Below, one piece after another: positions 47,923 to 57,276 of a stretch of DNA of 64,000 nt; positions within the stretch are counted from its first letter, which is position 1; every line of letters starts with the position of its first letter. This DNA comes from Leptonemataceae bacterium. Lineage in GTDB: Bacteria; Spirochaetota; Leptospiria; Leptospirales; Leptonemataceae. A program made the position numbers and the translations under genes. The stretch is from contig OZ245742.1 of NCBI GenBank assembly GCA_965227295.1, positions 736,001 to 800,000 of the forward strand. The letters run 5' to 3'. The notes beneath the pieces were generated by a model. That model was not told the DNA's origin, searched no databases, and was given only the letters and a program-made list of their open reading frames with translations.

Positions 47923-48561
47923 GTATTCCCCACGCACGTGGGGATGGACCGGAGTCCCCCGCCATGGGAGAAGAAGATCAGCAGTATTCCCCACGCACGT
48001 GGGGATGGACCGGAGGCGCGGGCTCAAGATGAAAGCAGAGATTGCGTATTCCCCACGCACGTGGGGATGGACCGGTCACCTGGAATTCGATCCGGCACAC
48101 ATGGGTGTATTCCCCACGCACGTGGGGATGGACCGCCGTCGGAGGTAAAGGAAGATGAAAGCTAAAGGTATTCCCCACGCACGTGGGGATGGACCGCACA
48201 CCTACATCCGCCGGTCCCTAAAGATTGAGTATTCCCCACGCACGTGGGGATGGACCGGAGCACACAAGCGCATGAGGACTCAAGAAATCGTATTCCCCAC
48301 GCACGTGGGGATGGACCGATGCGCACTCAGGTTCCATCACAATTCTCTGCGTATTCCCCACGCACGTGGGGATGGACCGGGGCCCTGCCCGGTTACGCTG
48401 GCGGGGGTGGCGTATTCCCCACGCACGTGGGGATGGACCGTCGGAGGCGCGCCCGGCGGGTTGCTATACTTGGTATTCCCCACGCTCGTGGGGATGGACC
48501 GCTGAGCGATCGGCGCTACAACGAACTCCGTAAGTATTCCCCACGCACTGTGGGAATACCG
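47923..48561 (+). CRISPR. Array E: 11 repeats / 10 spacers, repeat GTATTCCCCACGCACGTGGGGATGGACCG
   Basis: 61-nt period (one 33-nt spacer); terminal repeat degenerate. Confidence 0.97.
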
Positions 48562-48693
48562 CTAATATTCATTGGAGTGTGATTAGCAGCCACAGCCAGA
48601 TAGAAACGCATCACCGATCTGGAGGACACCCGACTCATTCTTCCTTTTATCCGTTGACTTGACATGCGGTAAAATACTAAACAAGTTGTTAGA
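48562..48693 (+). promoter_or_regulatory. CRISPR leader (type 1 copy)
   Basis: Near-identical to 44428-44556. Confidence 0.85.
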
Positions 48694-49637
48694 GTATTCC
48701 CCACGCGTGTGGGGATCGACCGATTACGAATCCATTCGGGCCGATTTTGTCGGGGTATTCCCCACGCGTGTGGGGATCGACCGGTGGCTGCACGGAAAAT
48801 GGAAGCAGATTTACTGTATTCCCCACGCGTGTGGGGATCGACCGTGACCCTGGAGGACGGCAACGTCCACGAGGGGGTATTCCCCACGCGTGTGGGGATC
48901 GACCGTATTCTCAGGCGTCTGATTGACGTCATTTGGTGTATTCCCCACGCGTGTGGGGATCGACCGGGTTGCCTGGTAGTCGAGGATTGGGGCGGCGAGT
49001 ATTCCCCACGCGTGTGGGGATCGACCGCGCCTGGAGCCTGCCATTCGTCCACTCATCGCGTATTCCCCACGCGTGTGGGGATCGACCGCAGGCCGCTATC
49101 GATAAGGCCCGGGAAGAATCGTATTCCCCACGCGTGTGGGGATCGACCGCCCGAGAAGATCGAACATGGGTAGGGTATTGAGTATTCCCCACGCGTGTGG
49201 GGATCGACCGCTGTGGGCGCACTTCGTGATCCTCTTCTGCCAGTATTCCCCACGCGTGTGGGGATCGACCGATCCCGCTGAGCGAATACCGCGAAGCCGT
49301 TGCGTATTCCCCACGCGTGTGGGGATCGACCGCCCCGACGCAGCCTCGTTGACGGAGTGTATGGGTATTCCCCACGCGTGTGGGGATCGACCGGTGCGGT
49401 CATCGTCGAGAATGCCGGCACACAAGTATTCCCCACGCATGTGGGGATGGACCGTGCTACCACGGGGACGGCGGTCGCGATCTTCAGTATTCCCCACGCA
49501 CGTGGGGATGGACCGCCGATTTTCGTGATGATTTCATGTTCCTTTAAGTATTCCCCACGCGCGTGGGGATGGACCGCCCCGAGACCCGGCTTCCACGCTC
49601 CAGGGTGAGTATTCCCCACGCGTGTGGGGATTAGCCG
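48694..49637 (+). CRISPR. Array F: 16 repeats / 15 spacers, repeat GTATTCCCCACGCGTGTGGGGATCGACCG
   Basis: First 12 repeats end GATCGACCG; the next three end GATGGACCG; last degenerate. Confidence 0.97.
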
Positions 49638-49784
49638 CTAATAAACATTTAGGAGTTGTTAGTATCGTTGATCTTCGATGCGCCTCTTGCAAAACAACAC
49701 GTCTCCTGATTGGTAGACATGCGAAGCACGACTCCTATTAATCGTTGACTTGCAATGCGCAAAAATACTAAACAGGTCGTTAGA
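49638..49784 (+). promoter_or_regulatory. CRISPR leader (type 3, divergent)
   Basis: Starts CTAATA; ends GTTGACTTGCAATGCGCAAAAATACTAAACAGGTCGTTAGA. Confidence 0.8.
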
Positions 49785-50300
49785 GTATTCCCCGCGTATG
49801 CGGGGATGGACCGGTCGGGCGGGAGAAGAGCTACCACGCCGTCTTGTATTCCCCGCGTATGCGGGGATGGACCCAGCCGAACCCTACTACAGGCACTGGC
49901 GGAATCGTATTCCCCGCATACGCGGGGATGGACCGCCGTCGCGCCCGGACAGCCCGTTCGTGTCCGCGTATTCCCCGCATACGCGGGGATGGACCGCTGC
50001 TGACCAATTGATTGTCACTGTAGGCCAGTATTCCCCGCATACGCGGGGATGGACCGTCCACGGCCTCGCCGAGCTTCGGATTGTACGGGTATTCCCCGCG
50101 TACGCGGGGATGGACCGTGGACACCCTGGATCGGAACTTTGAGCTGGCGGTATTCCCCGCATACGCGGGGATGGACCGAACCAGTCACGCCGGAGGAGTA
50201 ACCAGAAAACGTATTCCCCGCGCATGCGGGGATAGACCGTCGATTTCGTCGTCTACGCCTTCGCCCTGGACGTATTCCCCGCGCATGCGGGGATCGGCCG
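49785..50300 (+). CRISPR. Array G: 9 repeats / 8 spacers, repeat GTATTCCCCGC(N4)GCGGGGATGGACCG
   Basis: 61-nt period (one 31-nt spacer); stem has G-C where the other arrays have A-T. Confidence 0.97.
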
Positions 50301-50486
50301 CACGGCAATCACAGACCGGAAGCGCTCCTGCTCTTTTCCTCACGACGCGGGGCCGCGCAGCACGCCCCGCTTCCTACTCCCCAACGCTTACATGATGACA
50401 ATCATCCAACCCGTCCCCCCATCAGATAGAACGCCCTCCTCCGGAAAATCCTCGACACCCCTCCCCCGCCGCCCCTCCGTCAAACC

Positions 50487-53477
50487 GTGCTCACCTACAA
50501 CCAGTACTGGGGCAAAGCCCGCCCGTCTTCGAAACAGAAGGCCTCATACCACCTCCTCCCCCACCACTCCCTCGACGTGGCCGCATGCGGCGCGGTGCTC
50601 CTCGAACAGCGCCCGCGCCTCCTCGAACTCCTCGTCCACCAGAGCGATCTCCCCGCAAACGTCATCCGCGAACTAATCCCATACTATCTAACCATACACG
50701 ACCTCGGCAAATTCGCCCTCCCCTTCCAGGCCCTGGCACCGGATACGCTGCAAACCCTGAGCAATCGACAAACCGACCGCAAATACACCGTCCGCCACGA
50801 CCACCTCGGCTTTCTCGTCTGGCGCAAACGAATCCGCAAACTACAGCTCGCTAACTGGCAGCAAAAAGAAGTCTGCACCGCAGAAAACGCAAGCATCCTG
50901 CGCAACATCATAGACCCCGCCGTCATCGCGGTCACCGGCCACCACGGCCGCCCGTCGAACTACCCGCACAATTCTCAGGGGGAAGCATTCCTCGAAGACC
51001 ACTTCACCACCGAAGACATCGAGGCCGCCCTCGCATTCACCCTCGCCGCGTCCGACCTGCACCTCGACGCCACATACGAATACTTCCGAACAACGCTGCG
51101 CAACCACGCATCACAACCCGAAGCCATCCAACGCCGACACCGGCGACTCTCGCACTGGATCGCCGGCCTCGGTGTGCTGTGCGATTGGCTCGGCTCCCAG
51201 GCCGACGCATACTTTCCCTACAACGCGCAGGCCGCGTCATCTCTCGCCGAATACTATCACGAAGACGCCCTGCCCCGCGCCCGTGATGCCGTCCCGCACG
51301 CCGGCCTCGCCCCGGCTCCGGCGCGCGCGCTCACTTCGTTTGCGTACCTGTTTCCCGCGCTCCGGCGCCCCACCCCGCTCCAGCACGCTGCCGAAACCAT
51401 CCCGCTCCCCGCGGAACCGCAGCTCTTCGTCATCGAGGACAGCACCGGCTCCGGCAAAACCGAAGCGGCCGGCATGTTCATCCATCGCCTGCTCGCCGCC
51501 GGACTGGCCGACGGCCTGTACTTTGCCCTGCCCACCACCGCCACGGCCGATGCCATGTACACGCGCTTTACCGGCGCCGACGAATCCCTGCATAGTTTCT
51601 ATCGCAAGCTGTTTGCCGATGAAAGTTACCCGTCGATCGTCCTGGCACATAGCTGGAGTCGCCTGCATTCGGGCTTTCTCAGAACGATCATCACCCCGCC
51701 GGAGAATCTGCTCGCCGACCAGGGCGAAACCTACGGTGCCGACGACACCGGCGCCACGGCGTTCTGCAACATCTGGTTCACCGACCAGCGTAAGAAGGCG
51801 CTCCTGGCCGACGCCGGCATCGGCACCGTCGACCAGGCGTTGCTCGCCGTCCTGCAGGCGAAGCACCACGCCCTCCGTCTCATCGGACTCACCCGCAAGG
51901 TCCTCATCGTCGACGAGGTCCACGCCTACGATCCGTACATGCACCACACGCTCCGTCGACTGCTCCACTTTCACGGAGCCGGCGGAGGATCGGCCATCCT
52001 GCTCTCGGCCACCCTGCCCGCCCGCGACCGGAACGAGTTAATTGAAAGCTATCAAAGCGGACTGCGCATCTACCAGGAACTTCCGGAGCAGGAAGATGAT
52101 CCCGCCGATCCGCAAGACGATGCGGCCACCGCCGCTAAACATCCGGCGAGCGTACCTTACCCGCTGCTCACGCGGGCCGGCGCGTCCGGAATTCGCGAGT
52201 ATGCCGTAGAAACCACGTCGCGCAGTCGCCGCCGCGTGCGCATCAGGCGTATCCCCAATGCCGACGCGGCGCTCGATCACGTCCTCGAACAGGCCGCCCA
52301 GGGCAAATGCGTCTGCTGGATACGCAACACCGTCAACGACGCCATCGAAGCCTACGAACAACTACGCGCCCGCACGGAAAGAGCCGCACACACCACGGCC
52401 TTCCATACACCACCGGACATCCTCTTTCACGCGCGCTTCGCTCTCGGCGATCGACTCGCGATCGAACGCCGGGTCCTGGCATCCTTCGGCAAGACGAGCA
52501 CGGCCACAGCACGCCGCGGACGCATCGTCATCGCCACGCCCGTGGTCGAACAATCCCTCGATCTCGACTTCGACGTCCTGCTTTCCGATCTCGCGCCCAT
52601 CGATCTACTATTACAACGCCTCGGCCGCTTGCGCCGGCACCAACGCGACGCAGGCGGCAACCCACTCGCCACGGACAGCGACGACGGTCGCGGCGAAATC
52701 GAGTTCGCCGTGGTATCACCCGACCCGATCGACGAACCGTCGCCCGCATGGTACAAAGCCGACTTTCCCCGCGCCGAATACGTGTATCGCGACACGGGCC
52801 GCTTATGGCTCTCCGCCCGCGCCCTCTTCGAGCGCGGCGAACTACACATGCCGGACGATTCGCGTGCGCTCATCGAAGAAGTCTACGGACCCGGATCGCA
52901 CGAACGCATCCCGCCAGGCTTACGTGCGGCATCCGAAAAGGTACGCGGCAAAGCCGCCGCGGATCGCAGCACGGCCGATCACAATACCCTCGATCTGGAT
53001 ACCGGCTACAAAGTTGCGTACGGCGAAACTTACGCGGACGACTACCGCTCCCCCTCGCGTCTCGGCGAACCCACCGTGCGACTCTACCTCGCGCGCTACG
53101 ACAGCAAACAGCGGCGCCTGGCACCGTGGATTCAACCGGAAGCAGTGGATGATTCACAAACAACACAGCAAGATGCGGCAACCCAACAACGCCTCGCCGC
53201 GCTCCATGCGTGGGAGTTGAGCACGGTAACGGTGGCCACCCGCAAAATCGCCGGCCAGGCGCAGCCGGAACATCCCGAACATGCGCAGGCCCTGGCCGCG
53301 TGGAAAGAGTCCCGCCCGGATCGCGGTCGCTACAGCCCGGTCATTCTTCTTGAACCCGATGTCGCCACAAATCCCACCGCGGACCCGACCGGCGAATGGA
53401 CCGGCCAGGCCCGCAATGAAAAAGGCAGCCTGGTCCAGGTCCGCTACTCGGCGGAACTGGGGCTGCGGGTAGATTGA
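50487..53477 (+). CDS. cas3: Cas3 HD nuclease-helicase
   Basis: WGKA, HSLDVAA, IHDLGK, GHHG, CDWLGS, TGSGKTEA, ALPT, DEVHAYD, LSATLP, HARF, VVEQSLDLDFD, QRLGRLRRH. Confidence 0.97.
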   Translation: MLTYNQYWGKARPSSKQKASYHLLPHHSLDVAACGAVLLEQRPRLLELLVHQSDLPANVIRELIPYYLTIHDLGKFALPFQALAPDTLQTLSNRQTDRKYTVRHDHLGFLVWRKRIRKLQLANWQQKEVCTAENASILRNIIDPAVIAVTGHHGRPSNYPHNSQGEAFLEDHFTTEDIEAALAFTLAASDLHLDATYEYFRTTLRNHASQPEAIQRRHRRLSHWIAGLGVLCDWLGSQADAYFPYNAQAASSLAEYYHEDALPRARDAVPHAGLAPAPARALTSFAYLFPALRRPTPLQHAAETIPLPAEPQLFVIEDSTGSGKTEAAGMFIHRLLAAGLADGLYFALPTTATADAMYTRFTGADESLHSFYRKLFADESYPSIVLAHSWSRLHSGFLRTIITPPENLLADQGETYGADDTGATAFCNIWFTDQRKKALLADAGIGTVDQALLAVLQAKHHALRLIGLTRKVLIVDEVHAYDPYMHHTLRRLLHFHGAGGGSAILLSATLPARDRNELIESYQSGLRIYQELPEQEDDPADPQDDAATAAKHPASVPYPLLTRAGASGIREYAVETTSRSRRRVRIRRIPNADAALDHVLEQAAQGKCVCWIRNTVNDAIEAYEQLRARTERAAHTTAFHTPPDILFHARFALGDRLAIERRVLASFGKTSTATARRGRIVIATPVVEQSLDLDFDVLLSDLAPIDLLLQRLGRLRRHQRDAGGNPLATDSDDGRGEIEFAVVSPDPIDEPSPAWYKADFPRAEYVYRDTGRLWLSARALFERGELHMPDDSRALIEEVYGPGSHERIPPGLRAASEKVRGKAAADRSTADHNTLDLDTGYKVAYGETYADDYRSPSRLGEPTVRLYLARYDSKQRRLAPWIQPEAVDDSQTTQQDAATQQRLAALHAWELSTVTVATRKIAGQAQPEHPEHAQALAAWKESRPDRGRYSPVILLEPDVATNPTADPTGEWTGQARNEKGSLVQVRYSAELGLRVD

Positions 53478-53565
53478 TCCCCACTTACGTGGGGAAGGAA
53501 AACGCACACGGAACACGTATGCGGAACATTCCCGGTGGATTCCCGAGAATGGACATGTTTTCTCG
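53474..53565 (+). ncRNA. Candidate crRNA-like RNA (degenerate repeat, 32-nt spacer, degenerate repeat)
   Basis: TTGATCCCCACTTACGTGGGGAAGGAAAACG keeps the repeat hairpin; exactly 32 nt later GGATTCCC (7/8 match to the repeat start) is followed by a CGAGAA/TTCTCG hairpin. Confidence 0.6.
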
Positions 53566-53642
53566 ACCAGGCCCAAAGCTCAATTCATCGTCCTTGGGCA
53601 CGTCCTTCATTACACAGAACACATATGCTTTGATTTTTTTCA

Positions 53643-53671
53643 TTGACATTGCCGACAAGGCGGGTTAATAT
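53643..53671 (+). promoter_or_regulatory. Sigma70-type promoter for small ORF / Cascade operon
   Basis: TTGACA (53643-48), 17 nt, TAATAT (53666-71), preceded by a T-tract. Confidence 0.75.
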
Positions 53672-53699
53672 CCCCGAAAGAACCGACAAGGAGCGCTCC

Positions 53700-53825
53700 A
53701 TGAAAATCGAATCCGATGTATATTCCTTAGTAAGGCTTCCGGAACGAGGAATTATTCTCATCATTAGACAAAATCAGATAGTAGTGCTAAGGGACTATCG
53801 TATCGTGCGCCACATTAACCTGTAG
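53700..53825 (+). CDS. 41-aa small ORF ahead of cas8e (candidate toxin or leader peptide)
   Basis: AAGGAG RBS at 53688-93; MKIESDVYSLVRLPERGIILIIRQNQIVVLRDYRIVRHINL; ends 6 nt before the cas8e GTG. Confidence 0.55.
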   Translation: MKIESDVYSLVRLPERGIILIIRQNQIVVLRDYRIVRHINL

Positions 53826-53831
53826 TCGACC

Positions 53832-55508
53832 GTGTCCCAACTATCCTTCCACTTACTCGATGACCCCTGGCTCCCCGTCCGCCGCAGCAGCGGCGCCGAG
53901 ACCTGGATCACCCCCGCGGACATCACGTCCAATCCCGGCAATGATCCGGTCGTCGCCCTGGCGAGTCCGCGGCCGGACTTCGACGGCGCGCTGCTACAGT
54001 TTCTAATCGCACTGCTGCAATCCACCTGTGCGCCGACGTCATCCCAGGAGTGGCTCAAACGATTCGTAGATCCGCCCTCCCCCGGTGAACTACGAGAACT
54101 CTTCGCCGTAGACGAATCAGCCTTTGCCTTCGCGGGCGAAAAACTACCCTCGCGCTTCTTACAAGACGTCGAACTCGCCTTCGATCCCGACGACGCCGTG
54201 CCCATCGCCGGCCTGCTCATTGATTCCCCGGGCGCGAAGACCCTCAAGGACAACGCCGATCATTTCGTAAAGCGCGACCGCGTGAACGGACTGTGCGCGG
54301 CCTGCACAGCGACAGCCCTGTTCACGTTGCAAACGAACGCACCCTCCGGCGGCGTCGGCCATCGCACCTCACTGCGCGGCGGCGGACCACTGACGACTCT
54401 GCTCACTCTCGATCCGGCAACGACCTTACCGAACACACAGCGCCCCACACTCTGGCACGATCTCTGGTTGAACGTCCTGCCGCTGGCCCCCAGGGATGCG
54501 GGCCGGCGCACATCCAAAACGAAACGCGCAGACATCTATCCCTGGCTCGCTCCCACGCGCACCAGCGACAAGAGCGGCGTGCTCACCACGCCCGATGATG
54601 TCCACGCTCTACAAATGTACTGGAACATGCCCCGGCGCATCGTCTTCGATCCGGAGACGACGCCCGGCGATTGCGATCTCTGCGGGCGCAAAGATGAACT
54701 CTATACACGTTACGCGACGAAAAACTACGGCACGAACTACAGCGAAGGTTTTCGACATCCGCTCAGCCCGCACTACAAAGACGAGAAGACCGGCGCCACA
54801 TCACCCCTGCACCCCCAGCCGGGCGGCATGACGTATCGCTACTGGCTGCGACTCATGCTTCCGACAAAAGAAGCCAACAATCTGCCCGCGCATGTCGTCA
54901 CGGCCTTCGAAGGCCGGCGGCAGGACGGTGATCTGGAGGACATAGACGATCTCGATTATCTGCTCTACGCCTTCGGCTACGACATGGACAACATGAAAGC
55001 CCGCGCATACTACGAGGCGCGCATGCCGGTCCTGTTTGTATCCAAAGACGTTCGTGAAGTATTCGCGCGTCTGGTCGCGGACATGTTGAACGGAGCGAAT
55101 CAGTTCGCCGGCAATACCCGCAACGCCGTAAAGCAGGCCTGGTTTCGCCGGCCCCAGGACGTCCGCGGCAATGCCGACTTCATTCGCGATGAATTCATCC
55201 AGGCTACCGAAACCGGATTCTACGATCATCTCCACCGGCTGAAGCAGCAGGGCGAAGATGGCCGAACGGTCCTCACGGAATGGCACGCGCATCTACATCG
55301 CGCGTCTCTCGCGACGTTTCACAAATACGCTCCGCCGCCCCAGGCCCGCTCCCGGCACATGCAGCGCTACGTCGAAGCGATCCGCTTTCTCTTGATGTGC
55401 AACTATTCGAAGAAGCTCAAAAACTTGCTCAACGTTCCCGAGAAAAAGTTCGTCCCACCGGAGGACGCAATCGAAGGCATCGCACGGGAGGACGCATTAC
55501 ATGCATAA
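53832..55508 (+). CDS. cas8e: Type I-E large subunit Cas8e (Cse1/CasA)
   Basis: FHLLDDPWLPV, RPDFDGAL.QFLI, DHFVKR, CAAC...LQTNAPSGGVGHRTSLRGGGPLTT, YWNMPRRI, HPLSP. Confidence 0.95.
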   Translation: MSQLSFHLLDDPWLPVRRSSGAETWITPADITSNPGNDPVVALASPRPDFDGALLQFLIALLQSTCAPTSSQEWLKRFVDPPSPGELRELFAVDESAFAFAGEKLPSRFLQDVELAFDPDDAVPIAGLLIDSPGAKTLKDNADHFVKRDRVNGLCAACTATALFTLQTNAPSGGVGHRTSLRGGGPLTTLLTLDPATTLPNTQRPTLWHDLWLNVLPLAPRDAGRRTSKTKRADIYPWLAPTRTSDKSGVLTTPDDVHALQMYWNMPRRIVFDPETTPGDCDLCGRKDELYTRYATKNYGTNYSEGFRHPLSPHYKDEKTGATSPLHPQPGGMTYRYWLRLMLPTKEANNLPAHVVTAFEGRRQDGDLEDIDDLDYLLYAFGYDMDNMKARAYYEARMPVLFVSKDVREVFARLVADMLNGANQFAGNTRNAVKQAWFRRPQDVRGNADFIRDEFIQATETGFYDHLHRLKQQGEDGRTVLTEWHAHLHRASLATFHKYAPPPQARSRHMQRYVEAIRFLLMCNYSKKLKNLLNVPEKKFVPPEDAIEGIAREDALHA

Positions 55509-56133
55509 CGACAACCCATTCGAACGCCTGGAGGTCGCCAGGCAATTCGCCGGGCTGCTTGAGCGCGTCAACGAATCACGCGGTGATCGTGCGATGCTCC
55601 GGCGCTGTCGCGATCCGCACGAAGTTCTCGGCACGCGCATGTTCGCGGAATACTCGCGCCGTCTTCTCGGCAAGGAATTCCCGGAACTCATCAACAATCC
55701 CCCCGAGGACCACCAGCTCGGCATGGCCGCCGCTATCGGCCTGCTGGGTCATGTACGCCGAAACCGTGTCGTTCGGTTTTCGTACGCTGTGGACTTTCGC
55801 TCCCGCTTCGCCGCACAGTTAGGGAAAGGACCGGAAGATTCACGACCACGCCTGAGCGAATTGCGTTTCCGCCGTCTGGTAGCCTGCCAGGACCGCATCA
55901 CCCTCTATCCTCAAATCATTCGCGCCATCCATCAACTCGGCGATAGCGTCGACCTCGTCAGTCTCGCCGGGGCCCTGTACGACTGGCGACCGGGTGCGAC
56001 CGGTGATCCGCTGCGGCGACGCTGGTCATACGCATACTACAGTACCTTCACCGAAAACTATCCCACATCCTTCCAGGAAGGCAGCCCCGGACCTGCCGGA
56101 AATACAACGGACTCAACGGAGAACACCGAATGA
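55501..56133 (+). CDS. cse2: Type I-E small subunit Cas11 (Cse2/CasB)
   Basis: RGDRAMLRRC, LSELRFRRL, RRWSYAYY; operon position. Confidence 0.92.
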   Translation: MHNDNPFERLEVARQFAGLLERVNESRGDRAMLRRCRDPHEVLGTRMFAEYSRRLLGKEFPELINNPPEDHQLGMAAAIGLLGHVRRNRVVRFSYAVDFRSRFAAQLGKGPEDSRPRLSELRFRRLVACQDRITLYPQIIRAIHQLGDSVDLVSLAGALYDWRPGATGDPLRRRWSYAYYSTFTENYPTSFQEGSPGPAGNTTDSTENTE

Positions 56134-57257
56134 AACGCTTCTTACAACTACACATCCTCACGAGCTATCCGCCATCGAACGTCAACCGTGACGATCTCGG
56201 CCGGCCGAAGACCGCCGTAATGGGCGGCCGGGAGCGGTTACGCATATCCTCACAAAGCCTCAAGCGCGCGTGGCGGACCTCGGAAGTCTTCGAAGCGGCG
56301 GTCGCGCAGGAGCATCGCGGTGTGCGCACGAAAGAACTCGGCAAGCAGGTATACTCTAAGCTTCTCGAAGAAGGCGTCAAAGAAAAGGACGCGCGCGAGT
56401 GGGCCCGAGACGTCGCCGGAGTATTCGGAAAGCTGCGTAAGCCCGCGGAATCGAAAAAGTCAAAGAAAGACGATTCCGAAAAAACGAGCCAGCGCAAAGA
56501 ACTACAGGACCTGGAGATCGAACAACTGGTGCACGTCGGCCAACCCGAACTGGACGCCATCGCGGAACTCATCAACGAATTGGTGAAGCGCGGCAAAGGA
56601 CCGACGGACGAAGACCTCGAGTTACTGCGCAAAGAGACCCACGCCGCGGACATCGCCCTCTTCGGACGCATGCTGGCATCCTCGCCTAACTACAACGTCG
56701 AAGCGGCGGCCCAGGTCGCCCACGCGCTCACCGTGCATTCGGTCGCCGTCGAGGACGACTTCTTCTCCGCGGTCGATGATTTGAATCGCGGCGACGAAGA
56801 CAGAGGCGCCGGCCACCTCGGCAGCACCGAATTCGCGGCGGGTCTGTTCTATCTCTACATCTGCATCGATCGCAATCTATTGCAAGACAACCTGCGCAAC
56901 GACGGCCAGGTAGACCCCACCGCTGCGGAACAGGCCATCCGCGGCCTCGTCGAAGCCGCCGCCACGATTCCGCCCGGCGGCAAACAGAACTCGTTCGGCA
57001 GCCGCGTCTACGCCTCGCGTGTGCTCGCCGAAAAAGGCGACGGCCAGCCGCGCTCGCTATCGGTGGCGTATCTTCGTCCCGTAAACGAGGCGGCCCATAA
57101 CGAAGATCTTCTCGCCGACGCAATACAGGCCATGGACCAAACGCGAGAAGATTTCGAACGCGCCTACGGACCTACCACCGCCGCACCCTACAATCTCGAC
57201 GTGCCCGGCCGCAAAGGTACGCTCGCCGAACTCTTAGACTATTGCGTAAGCGAATGA
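56130..57257 (+). CDS. cas7: Type I-E Cas7 (Cse4/CasC)
   Basis: LQLHILTSYPPSNVNRDDLGRPKT, RISSQSLKRAWR, DIALFGRMLA, DFFSAVDD, PGGKQNSF. Confidence 0.97.
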   Translation: MKRFLQLHILTSYPPSNVNRDDLGRPKTAVMGGRERLRISSQSLKRAWRTSEVFEAAVAQEHRGVRTKELGKQVYSKLLEEGVKEKDAREWARDVAGVFGKLRKPAESKKSKKDDSEKTSQRKELQDLEIEQLVHVGQPELDAIAELINELVKRGKGPTDEDLELLRKETHAADIALFGRMLASSPNYNVEAAAQVAHALTVHSVAVEDDFFSAVDDLNRGDEDRGAGHLGSTEFAAGLFYLYICIDRNLLQDNLRNDGQVDPTAAEQAIRGLVEAAATIPPGGKQNSFGSRVYASRVLAEKGDGQPRSLSVAYLRPVNEAAHNEDLLADAIQAMDQTREDFERAYGPTTAAPYNLDVPGRKGTLAELLDYCVSE

Positions 57258-57276
57258 GCACAGCAGACGATCATCG

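Noticed and set aside
44309-50271. Self-targeting by regular array spacers within the window
   Set aside because: No convincing match seen by eye; needs a BLASTn-short search to exclude
44522-50395. Many 60-190-aa ORFs with repeating VFPTHVGMDR / YSPRTWGW / IPHARGDG peptides
   Set aside because: Translations of CRISPR repeats in different frames, not genes
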